Of a DNA stretch of 64,000 nt, positions 44,547-59,973 are shown one piece after another (positions within the stretch are counted from its first letter, which is position 1; each line of letters starts with the position of its first letter). The notes beneath the pieces are model-generated. The model was not told the origin of the DNA. It was given only the letters and a program-made list of their open reading frames with translations, and did no database searches. The translations under genes and the position numbers were made by a program. Origin of the DNA: Emiliania huxleyi CCMP1516 (taxonomy: Eukaryota); NCBI RefSeq assembly GCF_000372725.1, contig NW_005202368.1:154045-218044 (forward strand), given 5' to 3'.

Positions 44547-47513
44547 TGATGCTGCTGTGTGTGGGCGGGTCGAACGCCTAGCCGACTCGGAGCGTTCAAC
44601 ACGCGTTAGGCATCCTGTACGTGCAGAATGTGGCGCCCGGCGACAGCGCGGCGATCGAGCTCGCCTCCCCTACCCCCACGGTGCCCGAACCCATCCCCTA
44701 CCCCCACGGCACCCGAACCCTAGGCGTGGGTGCTCGAGGAGCTCAACCGGCGCATCGACCGGTTCACCTACCGGCCAGAGTCCGTCAAGGAGCTCCCCTC
44801 CTCGGGCTGGTCGACGCCGCCGCATTTTGCGAATGCCGACGAGCAGGCCAGCCTGAGTCACTCTTGTTGTGATGAGTATATAGTCGTGCTTGACGACTCT
44901 CACCCCATTCTTCTCCCTCTCTCCGCACTCTCATTCTCACCACTCGTCTCATTCCTACCCCGGCGAGGTAGGCCAACCTGAACGACATCATCGCGTCGTC
45001 TCTCAACGGCGCCCCCACGTTTGCGGCCGGCGTCGAGTTCTACGAGGCCCGCTTCAAGAAAGACAAGGGGTCGCAGGAGGCGGCCAAGCGGATGCAGGAC
45101 GGCCGAGAGGGACGCGCAAGCGCAGCCGCGCGCCAATCCTACCCTACCAACCCGGTACCCGAACCCATGCAGGACGGCCGATGGACGCGCAAGCAGCAGC
45201 AGGGCGATGTCGCGCCGGCGCGCCAGCGGCTCGTCCCTTTAGAAGCGGAATCTCTCCCCATCTCTCCCCATACCTCACCGTCTCTCCCCATCTCTCCCCA
45301 TCTCTCCCCATCTCTCCCCATACCTCACCGTCTCTCCCCATCTCTCCCCATCTCTCCCCATCTCTCCCCGTAGTCTGCACAGTCCCGCCTTCCCGCCCCC
45401 GGACGTCGGTGTGTTCCGCACGCAGGCGCGTCTCGCTCACGCCAGACCACATCTCCCCATATCTCCCCATATCTCGCAGGCTCGTCTCGGTCAAGCCAGA
45501 CCACATCTCCCCATATCTCCCCATATCTCGCAGGCTCGTCTCGGTCAAGCCAGACCATCTCTCCCCATATCTCCCCATATCTCGCAGGCTCGTCTCGCTC
45601 AAGCCAGACCATAGCCTCGACAAGGTCGTCCACCTGTGCAAGATGGACTCGTGGGGCGCCGTCTCCGCCGCCCCGCTCCGCGTGCCCGGCAACGCCTCTG
45701 CGCCCGCCGCGTCGCCGCTGCAGCTGTGCGTGTCTCAAGGAAGTGATCGTCTGGTTCTTCTACTGCTTAGGCGCCCGCCGCGTCGCTGCTTCTCGCCCCC
45801 GAGTGGCTCTTCTCTCACTTTCCGTACGGCATCTTCTTCCCGGCGTACCGCGTCTGCCACGCCGCCTCGTGGGGGTGGGAGATAGGGGGAGATCGGGGGA
45901 GGTGGGTGGAGATAACGGGAGACAGGGGGAGGTCTGGGGGAAGGTGAGGGGGAGGTCGGGGGAGGAGGGAGGAGATAACGGGAGACAGGGGGAGGTCTGG
46001 GGGAAGGTGAGGGGGAGATCGGGGGAGGAGGGGGGAGGTATGGGAGGTGAGGATGGGGAGACGGGGGGGGGGGGGGGGGAGGTACCGGGAGGTACCGGGA
46101 GGTACCGGGAGATATGGGGAGATCTTACCCCCTCGCCTCCCGAGGTGGGAGGGNNNNNNNNNNNNNNNNNNNNNNNNNNNNNNNNNNNNNNNNNNNNNNN
46201 NNNNNNNNNNNNNNNNNNNNNNNNNNNNNNNNNNNNNNNNNNNNNNNNNNNNNCCCAAAACCTCCCAACACGTCGCCAGCACCTCCCCAAACCTCGCCCA
46301 CACCTCCCCAAACCTCCCCCACACCTCCCCACACCTCCCCACACCTCCCCACACCTCCCCACACCTCCCCACACTTCCCCCACACCTCCCCACACCTCAC
46401 CCGATCTCCCCCTCCCCCCCCCCCCCCCTAAGGTGGCGCCCGAGACGTGGGTGTCGCCGCGGACAGAGCGACTGCTCGTGGCGAAGCCAAGACCTGCTGC
46501 GGCCGGGCCTCCCTCCCCAGATCTCCCCAGATCTCGCCATGCCTCTTGTAGGCCGGGCCAGACATGCTGCGGGCGGGCCTCGCCTCAATGTCCGACTTCG
46601 ACGCGTTTGCAGCGCGGCTGCTGCTGCTCGGCCTGCTTCTCGGCCGGCGCGTCGTCATGCCGCCGCTGCCAAAGGATGCGCGCTGGGCGGAGCGAGCTAT
46701 CGAGCCGCGTCACCTGAGGGCGATCGAGGTCGGGTGCGGGCCGGACAAGCAGCGCGTCTGGCTCCCCATGCCGCACTTCAAGGAGCCGTGGTGCAGCGGG
46801 GTCGACTTTTTGTACGAGATCGACTACCGCGCCGTCGCCCCCTCCATCCCGCCCGCGGACGTGCCGCACATCCGCCGCCGTATTCACGGCCGTGAAGGGA
46901 GGATTCATCAGTGAGTAGGCCGTCAATGAACAGGTGTCCCACATCGCCGCCGCCTCGCTCCGCGTGGCGCCCGAGTCGGCCGCCGGGGCGCTCATCACCA
47001 TGTCGGACGGGGCGAGAAGACACACGCCTTCGCCCCCCCGACGGCCCGAGTTGCCTGCCGCGTCTCTTCACAGCACGCCCGCTGTGAACAGGCGACCCCA
47101 CCCGCCTCGCGCGTGCTCGTCCTCAACGCGGCGGGCGGCGGCGGCGGCGGCGGCTCGCCGCTCGGCTGGCTCCCGATCGACGACTGGAAGAAAAACGAGT
47201 GGAAGGGTCCGTTTGCACGCCGCGTGCGGCCGGCGCTCGAGGCGGCGGGGCTCGAGAACCTCAGGTCTCGTCCGCGGCTTGAGCCGCTCCACGGGAGGAG
47301 CCGTTGGACGAGGCACGGTTGCTCGCTGATAGGATCGTGCGCGATTGCATGCACTCCCTCGCGACGAGCAGGGACTAGACTTGCTCGACGGGCGCGCGCC
47401 GGAGCAACACGCCAAGATCACCGCAGAGTGCAGCACGACGGGGGGAGTTCGGCGCACATGTCTCACATGCGTCTGCAGGGGTTTGTTGCTAGCTTTTTTA
47501 TGCGGTTCTGACG
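44538..47513 (+). pseudogene. Partial duplicate of the GT77-like gene (5' truncated, internally deleted)
   Basis: 44572-47513 closely matches 34759-37613, introns included. 44538-44572 matches 33950-33984. Contains an N-gap. Confidence 0.8.
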
Positions 47514-48027
47514 TCTCAGATAACGACCAGAGCCGCCCTCGCCTCCGAACACCGAAGCGAACACAGGCGGCGTGGCGGTGCGGGGGCTGCGGGGGGAGCG
47601 CGGGCGGGGGAGGGGGGGGGTTGCGGCGGGGGAGCGCGCGCGGCGCGGGCACGGATCAAACTCTGTCTCCTCTGTGCTCTGAGCTCTGCCCCCCCCGGCC
47701 TAGCGAAACGAGATGCACCTGAAACAAACACTCAAAACTTTGGTGGGGGGGGAGCCGCTTTGTCCGTGGACGGCAAATTAACAGTTTCATCGTTGTGCTG
47801 CCTCCGCCGCCATCCTGGCAGCGGGCGCCCTGGCCCTCGAAGCGGCCGCTCGCCGCGCTGCGCAGCAGCACCCCTCGCGTCTGCAGCGGCCCCGCCGCCT
47901 CCTCGAGCGCCGTCTCGCTTCGCTCACGCGCCGCCTTGGCTCCGCACAGCGCCTCAGCGCCGCCTTCGTTGGCCTCCTCCAGCGCCGCACCTGGAGGGCC
48001 GAACTGAGGCGCCCATGGGGACCCCGT

Positions 48028-49366
48028 AATTCCCTTCCCCCCTCTCGAAGGGCCGGACTGAGGCGTCGAGGGCCCCGCTCTTTCCCTCGCATAGCGGCTA
48101 CTCTTCGGATCGCTGGTCGAGCGACCCGGGGGATGCCCCGCGCGCCTGACCCAGGCGCGAGAAACGAATCTGCGAGGCGCGGCCGCTTATGCGGCCCGAT
48201 GGGGAGGAGTGGGGCGACGGGGATCGGCTACCTACACAGCCCTTCCTCGCAGCGAGCCCCCTCCCCAGCCCACCCGCGCTAGGTCTCGGGGGACGCAGGC
48301 AGGGGTCACACGGTCACACCCGACGAACGACCTCGGCGGGGAACTAGCCGGGGCAGTCGGGGAAGGGGCAACTCCGTGCACTGACGGTCGGCCGTCGGAA
48401 AACACGCCTGCGTGGTCTGGATCTCGCGTCACACCAGTCCTCGCTACCCAAGGGCGCATGCGCCTCACGTCTCGCCAGAGCATAAGCCCTTGGCGTGTGG
48501 CGAGACGAGTTTTTCGCCATCGCAGCGAGCAGCAAGCCGCCCGCCGCAAACAGCCGGAGGCCTCGCCGCGGCACTGGCTGCGCCGCGGTCCCGCACCCGT
48601 CGACGCAGCTCCCCCCGCGGAAGACCGCGCGTAGCAACGTCTTGACGATCGAGATGAGCGTGCCTGAAGCTCGCCCACCTACTGCCCCTGAGAGTTGGTT
48701 ATTGAGTGGGATCAGCTCCCCCCCTTGGGATCGAAGCCGCCACAACCTCACACCCAACATCCCAGGCGGGATCAGAAGGGGACTCCACACCGGACACCGC
48801 CCGGGCACAGCCCCCCTACCCGTCGGATCGCACAGAGGGCCCCCTCGGAGCAGCCCACACACAATCACGCATCGGCAGAGTTAGTGCCTGAGTCAGGCAG
48901 ACAGCACAGACAAGGAGAGGAGAGAGAGAGAGGAGAGAGAGAGAGAGGAGAGAGGAGAGGGTGAGGGAGTGTGTACACGTGAGGAGTGGGGAGGGTGTCT
49001 GTGGTGGGTTGTAGTCCTACTACGTGGTTAAAACCACGCGCCCCTCAGGAGCTTAAGGTAGAGCTGAGCGTCCAAGACGCCTCGGTGCCTCCCACCGGCG
49101 TGAAGACCATCCGGATCAGCCCAGTACGCCCTCCGGGCGAACGGTCCCCGCGATGGCCCACGGTCCTCCGTCGCCAGGTCGAACCCCCTGCCTCCCGGTT
49201 GACCCCCGGTCCCCGTAGGCGGGCAGGGCAGGCAGGCAGGCGGTCGGGGTCAGGGAAGAGGGCCCTCGGGTTACGCCTCGCCCGGCCCCCTCCGAGGGGT
49301 GAAGGGGAAAGAGGGGGGCCCTCGGGGTGCGCCTCGCCCGGCCCCCTCCGAGGGGGGAAGGGAACT
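48028..49366. mobile_element. Composite repeat with degenerate ~55-nt inverted ends
   Basis: ttcccttccccc...gagggccccgctctttccc at ~48030-48086 against its approximate reverse complement at ~49304-49362. Internal modules are shared with 18605-18727 and 54503-54630. Confidence 0.45.
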
Positions 49367-49710
49367 ATTCTCTGTCCTTCTACAGCGTGGGTGGTGGTAC
49401 ACTGCGTCGAGACAGCTCCGCCTCGCGCCCTGCCTTCCTGGAATACTTGCGAATACCCGACGCGGAATACAATACGTAATTAATTAATGAATTAACTAAT
49501 TAGGTTAGGACGTGGAATACAGCACTCGAGGTCATTAAGTAATAATAAATTAACAAATAATTAATTACCCCACCGCCTCCGCGCCGCCCCGCCCGCCGCC
49601 GCGCCGCGCCGCCGCCCGGTGATTATTAATTCATTATTAATTAATTAATAAGTAATTATACCACCCGCCGCCGCCCCGCGTCGTTGTAAGTAACAATTCT
49701 TTTCTTCGCG

Positions 49711-51147
49711 ATGTCCACCCCGCCGCGCCGCCACTCGCGCCGCCTCGCCGCCGCCCCCACCGCCGCGCCCTCGCCAGACGCGCCGCCGCCCGCCCGCTTG
49801 CTCGACCTCCCCAGGGAGCTCATCGAGCGCGCCCTCTCTCGCTGCGACAGCCCCGTCGACATCGCTCGCGCCGCGGCCGTCTCGCTGCTCTTCCACGCCT
49901 CGCTTGCGCTGGAGGGCATCCGCTTGTGGGCGCAAGAGCGCGACTACGAGCTGCCGGCGCAGCCAGAGGGCGAGACCTGCGCCGTGCGGTGGCTGTGCTA
50001 TTCGGCGCTGCTGCGCGAGTCCAACCCGCCGGCGAGGGCGGCAGCAGGCATATCGCACAGCCTTTTCATCGACGGCGAGGGGCGGCTGTCGTCGTGCGGC
50101 TCTTCGCCGGACTACAATCCAATCCCCGGGCTGCTTGGCCACGGCGAGGGCGTGACGCAGCTCAACACGCCGACCCGCCTCCCGTCGACGCTGGGTGACG
50201 AGCGCGCCGTGAGCGTGTCAGCTGGAAATGGCCACAGCGTCGCCCTCACCGCCGGCGGTGCCGTCTGGAGCTGGGGCAGTGGAGGCGGGGGCCGGCTGGG
50301 CCACGGCGACGAGCAGAACCAGCTGCTGCCGGCGAAGGTCGAGGCCTTTGCTGGCCAGCGCGTCGTCGCTGTGTCGGCTGGAGGGTACCACAGCCTCGCC
50401 ATCACCGTTGATGGCAGCGTCTGGAGCTGGGGCTGGGGATACTCTGGCAGGCTGGGCCACGGCGACCAGCAGGACCGGCCGCTGCCGAAGAAGGTCGAGG
50501 CCTTGGCTGGCCGGTGCGTCGTCGCTGTGTCGGCTGGAGGCATGCACAGCCTCGCCATCACCGCCGATGGCGCCGTCTGGAGCTGGGGCTGGGGATACTG
50601 TGGCCGGTTGGGCCACGGCGACCAGCAGGACCAGCTGCTGCCCAAGAAGGTCGAGGCCTTTGCTGGCCGGCGCATCGTCGCTGTGACGGCTGGAGGGGCT
50701 CACAACCTCGCCATCACCACCGATGGCGCCGTTTGGAGCTGGGGCGGTGGAGGCTTTGGCCAGCTGGGCCACGGCGACCGGCAGGACCAGCTGCTGCCCA
50801 AGAAGATCGAGGCCTTTGCTGGCCGGCGCGTCGTCGCTGTCTCGGCTGGAGGGGCTCGAAACCTCGCCATCACCGCCGACGGCTCTCTCTGGAGCTGGGG
50901 CGATGGGAGGGATGGCAAGCTGGGCCACGGCGACGAGCAGCGCCAGCTGCTGCCCAAGAAGGTCGAGGCCTTGGCGGGCCAGCGCGTCGTTGCTGTGTCG
51001 GCGGGAAGCCGCCACAGCCTCGCTCGCGCCGCCGACAGCGCTGTCCTTACCTGGGGCGAGGGCGTTGATGGATGCCTAGGCCACGGAGATGACCTGTCGA
51101 ACCAGCTGCAGCCCAAGAAGGTCGAGGCGTGGGCGCCGGGGCTGTGA
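49711..51147 (+). CDS. F-box-like + RCC1-repeat (UVR8/HERC-like) protein, intact and intronless
   Basis: RLLDLPRELIERALSRC...DIARAAAVS (F-box-like), then about 7 repeats of VVAVSAGGxHSLAITADGAVWSWGxGxxGRLGHGD. Confidence 0.88.
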   Translation: MSTPPRRHSRRLAAAPTAAPSPDAPPPARLLDLPRELIERALSRCDSPVDIARAAAVSLLFHASLALEGIRLWAQERDYELPAQPEGETCAVRWLCYSALLRESNPPARAAAGISHSLFIDGEGRLSSCGSSPDYNPIPGLLGHGEGVTQLNTPTRLPSTLGDERAVSVSAGNGHSVALTAGGAVWSWGSGGGGRLGHGDEQNQLLPAKVEAFAGQRVVAVSAGGYHSLAITVDGSVWSWGWGYSGRLGHGDQQDRPLPKKVEALAGRCVVAVSAGGMHSLAITADGAVWSWGWGYCGRLGHGDQQDQLLPKKVEAFAGRRIVAVTAGGAHNLAITTDGAVWSWGGGGFGQLGHGDRQDQLLPKKIEAFAGRRVVAVSAGGARNLAITADGSLWSWGDGRDGKLGHGDEQRQLLPKKVEALAGQRVVAVSAGSRHSLARAADSAVLTWGEGVDGCLGHGDDLSNQLQPKKVEAWAPGL

Positions 51148-51629
51148 GAAGGGCGTACCTACCTCGGCTGCCACCTCAGCTCCGGTCGCGGGTCTCTGAT
51201 TGAACTTGTAGGCTCCAAAAAATCTCTCAAAAAGAATTCTCTAAAATTAAAAAGAAGGCGCACCCACCGACCTCCTCAAAAAAATTGTTCCTGTTTTACG
51301 AAAAAGGGAGCTACCCGCTCCGGCGACACTAGGGACTCCTCGGGCCTGATCTCGCACAAAACACCTCCACACTCCACCCCGCCGGACGTTGAGAGATGAG
51401 ACTTGAGTTGCGCGTCTCTCCCACGAGCGTCGCGTAGCGCTAGCATTTGTGTAAGCTCGTGATTCGTCACGGCTTTCAATTAGGACAAATGCGAACCGTG
51501 GCGCATGGAAAGAACCGTACTTTCGCACACTCCGTGGACCGTGCGCGCCATACGCGTACAGGCGCGCGGCATCTCGACATCGGCATCCGCCCTACGCACC
51601 CAGGAGCGAGTGCGGGCAGAGTAGTTAGG

Positions 51630-52010
51630 AGCTGCCTCCGCCCTCGCCGTCGCCCTTCCCGCCAGGCAAGGCTCCCCGCCCGCCGCCCTCGCCGCCGCCC
51701 TTCCCGCCGGGCAAGGCCCCGACCCCGCCGCCGTCGCCGCCACCCACCCCGCCCGGCAAGGCGCCCACGCCGCCGCCGTCGCCGCCCTTCCCGCCCGGCC
51801 TCGCCCCCACGCCGCCGCCTCTGCCGCCGCCCTATCCGCCCGGCAAGGCACCGAGCCCGCCCACGTCGCCGCCGCCGTTCCCGCCCGCCCCGACGCCGCT
51901 GCCCCCGCACCTTGGTGGGGAATGCTGGGGTGGCCTTTCTCCAGTCTTACCACCCCGAGCCTCGGCGGGCCCGTGCGACAGGGTGTAGTCGGCCCTTCTG
52001 CGGAAGGGCT
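51630..52010 (+). pseudogene. Fragment of an extensin-like proline-rich protein (PPGKAPxPPPSPP repeats) followed by a degenerate Cys motif
   Basis: My translation gives PPSPSPFPPGKAPRPPPSPPPFPPGKAPTPPPSPP...GGECWGG...GPCD, then a stop. No start codon found. Confidence 0.45.
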
Positions 52011-52065
52011 GGGGCCACGAGTGGTGGCCGGACGGGAGGAGTCGAATCCCCAGTGTCCCGCGTGC

Positions 52066-52890
52066 TCAAAAGCTTGGATTGAAGGCGTGGATATACCCAT
52101 CTGAACGTATGAGCCCAACCTCATATTCAATCATAAATCCTGATGAAAGTAGGAGCTCCTTGCATTGCTGGTGAATGTTGATGGAATGGGTGCCAACCCA
52201 AACGTGATGTATTCGACTAAGGTTGGCACTGCGCAGAGCTTCCAACTCCGCTCCTTGAATATCAGCCAGCAAGACCTCGACTTTGACAACATCAAAGCTA
52301 TGCAGTATGTTAGGGATTGTTGTGCAAACGGGTGACGTTTCATCCGTCATGAGGCCACCGTAGCCCGTCATCTTCTCTGCATCTGGCGCACATATCATAG
52401 CTCTAAGCCATCTTGCTTGCACGCGATCCTCTGAGCAGAAGCCATTTGTTGCGAAATTCCTCATTCCACAATGAAGTTTGTGAGGACTGGGCTCGACCAT
52501 GATGCTGACAGCATGCAGCTTCGCCTCCGCAACCAGTTTCGCAAAAATGAGAGAGTAGTATGCCCAGTAGGACCCCAGCTCGATCATGACGAGCCTTTGA
52601 CGCCCAGCCAAGAAGGCACGGCCGATCACGCTGGTCACGATCAAGTCGTGAAAGCGAACCTCCTCATGCAACTCAGGCATCCTTCTCGTGTGCACTAATT
52701 TGCCGATCTTCACATTGCCAGGCTGGCAGAGTCTTGACGCGTCGAGAGAAATACCCGTCTGCATTATGACAGAACTGGCAGCTTGGCTTGCATTTTGGCA
52801 GCTCTGCCACCCCTCGTTCTTGAGGTAAGGAAGCGGCGCTGAGGGCGCTGAGCGCGACCAGATGAGCAAACACACCATCAAGCACACCAT
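52066..52890 (-). CDS. FkbM-family SAM-dependent methyltransferase with signal peptide, intronless
   Basis: VMIELGSYWAYYS, IMVEPSP, VLLADIQGAELEAL and VWVGTHS...H..C..LL. Hydrophobic N-terminus MVCLMVCLLIWS. Confidence 0.75.
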   Translation of the reverse strand: MVCLMVCLLIWSRSAPSAPLPYLKNEGWQSCQNASQAASSVIMQTGISLDASRLCQPGNVKIGKLVHTRRMPELHEEVRFHDLIVTSVIGRAFLAGRQRLVMIELGSYWAYYSLIFAKLVAEAKLHAVSIMVEPSPHKLHCGMRNFATNGFCSEDRVQARWLRAMICAPDAEKMTGYGGLMTDETSPVCTTIPNILHSFDVVKVEVLLADIQGAELEALRSANLSRIHHVWVGTHSINIHQQCKELLLSSGFMIEYEVGLIRSDGYIHAFNPSF

Positions 52891-53639
52891 GCTGTGCCGA
52901 TGTAAGCGGTACAGTAGCCCGGGCACGGGTGGAGGTCGGGCCCCCCCTCTGCACAACCCACGGCCCCCCGACAGACGGACGCAACGTACGCAAACGCACA
53001 CGAACGCACGGGACGCGGGCGAAGCGGCGCGTCAGGCCCGTCAGGCCGGCAGAGCACGAGCGTCGCGACGACACCGCGCGAAAAGCGCCTCAAACCAGCG
53101 TTTCGTTCTTTCCCGACCTACGTACAGTTGTAGCTGGAGGAGCAGCGCCTTCTTCCGGCCGCCAATAAGGCGCGCCGGCATGACCATCCCGACCAGATTC
53201 GCGCCAACACGATCATGCAGATCAAGTGCGGTGCGCCGGTGACTGACTTGACGCGCGAGGAGACTTGGCTCAAGCGGGAGCGTCGGTCCATGAATGAACG
53301 GACGGGGCACAAACGCCAGGCTACATACAGCAACGGGGCGGCACGTAGTAATTGCAAGCGAGTCTAGCTCTAGGCGACGGCGAAGCGTCCATTTCATCAA
53401 AAACGGGTATGTTCGTAAGATACACAGATACACTGAGAGAGAGAAAAAGTGGAGCGGGGCGGCAGGTAGGATTCCTAGTTTTCCTACAAGGGGTGATGAG
53501 CAACTCAATTACCGGAAAGTTGCCCCAAAATTGCCCCAAATCGGACTTCCGCGAATTCGGTGGAAAACCCTGTCGGCAAATCATCCCCCCCCTGGACTGG
53601 CAATGGCTGCGGAGCAGTTCGATCCCTGCCTGGCGGCAA

Positions 53640-55250
53640 ACGTCTTAAGCTTACGCCGGCGGCGGAGCTGCTGCCTCTTTCAGAGTTCTCGTCTACCAGC
53701 GAGTTCTTACAGCAGGCGCAGCGGCGGTACACCGTCGGCGTACACCATCGCAACTGGCTCGCCCTCGCCGAAGCCTTCGTCAGCGAGGCATCCCGGCGGG
53801 GCGGCCGCTACAAGACTGGCAGGTGCAAGAACCACAAGTGCTGGCGCGAGGCGATTCGGTTCGTCGCAGTCAGCCAGGAGGGGGCTGGCGCCTTCCTGAA
53901 TGCGATCCCCATGCGGGATGATATGAAGATGGAGACGTGGGCGATGCGCATTACAGTTCAGCGCCGCCTCGGCCTCCCGCTCGATGTTGCCTGCCAGGCG
54001 GTGGAGGCGGGCAAGAAGGCGCCAAACGGCAAGCCGCACGAAGAACTCGGCGATGCCGCAATGGTCAACCCGCGTGCGAAGCACGCGACACGACACAAAT
54101 ACCTGCTCAAACGACTCGTCAAGACCCTTCGCTCGGCGTGGGGCATGCTCATCGAGATGGAGCCGNNNNNNNNNNNNNNNNNNNNNNNNNNNNNNNNNNN
54201 NNNNNNNNNNNNNNNNNNNNNNNNNNNNNNNNNNNNNNNNNNNNNNNNNNNNNNNNNNNNNNNNNNNNNNNNNNNNNNNNNNNNNNNNNNNNNNNNNNNN
54301 NNNNNNNNNNNNNNNNNNNNNNNNNNNNNNNNNNNNNNNNNNNNNNNNNNNNNNNNNNNNNNNNNNNNNNNNNNNNNNNNNNNNNNNNNNNNNNNNNNNN
54401 NNNNNNNNNNNNNNNNNNNNNNNNNNNNNNNNNNNNNNNNNNNNNNNNNNNNNNNNNNNNNNNNNNNNNNNNNNNNNNNNNNNNNNNNNNNNNNNNNNNN
54501 NNTTTCCCCCCGAGGTCGTTGTTCGGGTGTGACCGTGGAACCCGGCCTTCGTCCCCCGAGACCTAGCGCGGGTGGGCTGGGGAGGGGGCTCTCTGCGAGG
54601 AAGGGCTGTGTAGGTATCCGATCCCCGTCGCGGCGCTGGTGACCGAGGCGGAGGATGCAGAGGCGGAGGCGGCGGCGGCGGAAGAGGAGGAGGGGGAGAG
54701 TGAGGGGGAGGCGGAGGCGGGGGCACCTGTGACGGCCCGCTACGAGAAGGGCGAGTACCGGTTCGCGCGGGAGAAGATTTGCGACCTGCGTTTGCTCGAC
54801 TTCGAGACGTTCGGCGGCTTCGGGGACGGCGTCCGCAAAATTCTTCGGCAGGCGGCGGACCAGCTGAGTAACAAACTTTCGCACGCTCAGCACCTCGATG
54901 AGGTCACATGGACCACCAAGAACTGGCACGGGCTGCAGATGCAGCGCTTGTCTGTCGTTCTCCACACCGCCGTGGCGTGGCAGACGGTGAACGAGCTAGC
55001 GTGCGGGGACAGCGGCATTGTGCACGTGGAGCTAAGTGCATTGCCGTTCTTAACGGAGTCGCTTAGGCGGCTCTGGTGGTGTGCCGGTGATAGTACTAGC
55101 ACGCGCCAGTTCGCACCTGTCTCGAGCCTGTGTGCTGTGAGAGAGAGTTGTTTTGTTTAAATTCTTTTTTCAACAATGCCAGTTCGCACCTGTGTCGAGC
55201 CTGTGTGCTGTGAGAGAGAGTTGTTTTGTTTAAATTCTTTTTTCAACAAT
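53640..55250 (+). mobile_element. CRE-like non-LTR retrotransposon, C-terminal (linker/RLE) region with a tandemly duplicated 3' trailer
   Basis: GAGAFLNAIP...MRITVQRRLGLPL, TRH, LLDFETFGGFG and QRLSVVL. Interrupted by an N-gap and a foreign repeat (54503-54630). Trailer duplicated at 55106-55177 and 55178-55250. Confidence 0.75.
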
Positions 55251-55491
55251 GAGACGAATGACGATCGATCCTCCTCATCGCGAATTGCGTCGGCCTCCCT
55301 ACCTGTCGACCTGGTACCTGTGTGTGTGACTTTAAACCAAGTGTCAGCATGCTGGTGTTGCCTAAAGGGTAAAATTCCGTCACCGCGTCGAGAAGAGGCA
55401 CCCGCCGATGGCGAAAAGGAGAGTAAGAGGGCAAGGGGAGGTGGCGTCGTCGAAAGGGCGGTAGATCCAGTCGATGCCATCTGAGGTCGGC

Positions 55492-59391
<3,900 letters not shown>

Positions 59392-59973
59392 AGTGGCGCC
59401 ACTTCCCGAGCGTCGGCTTGCGCCGCAGCGCCGCAGCCAAGAGCCTCCCGCCCCCCCCCCGCAGCCACTGCCGCGGCCGCCAAAGCACCGACCAATACCC
59501 CCTTCCCCGCCCTAAACCCCGACAGCGAAGCCCGCGCCGCGCGCGGCACCACCACCGACTCTACCTCCGACCCCAGGGCCTAGGCGGCCCGCCATGAAAT
59601 CTAGCCGTGTGTGCTGGCGTCCGGGTCCCAGCCGGTCTCAGACCTAGACCCTATATTCCAGGATGGCATTCTTCGAAATATAGGGTGCCGTGCCACATCC
59701 GGAGTTGCTCGTGTCCGAGCATTGAGTCATGTAGCATACAGCACACAGTCTGCATAGAGAGCATCTGCACCATACAGACCCTCTCTGCACACACAGTGCA
59801 GTCTTGGGTGGGATTATATATTCCGCACTTGCAAGCTGCATTGTGCACATTCCGGGACACCACTCTCTTCTTTTGGCCTTTTCCACATATAGTTACCTAG
59901 TTGAGTTTTTGCATCCTGCACACTCTCAGAACGTCCGACCCGCCGCCTTCACCGCCGCCTTCACGACACCTGC

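Noticed and set aside
49440..49690. AT-rich island with gaatac and taat repeats
   Set aside because: Could be a transposon end or a promoter, but no partner terminus or defined motif was found.
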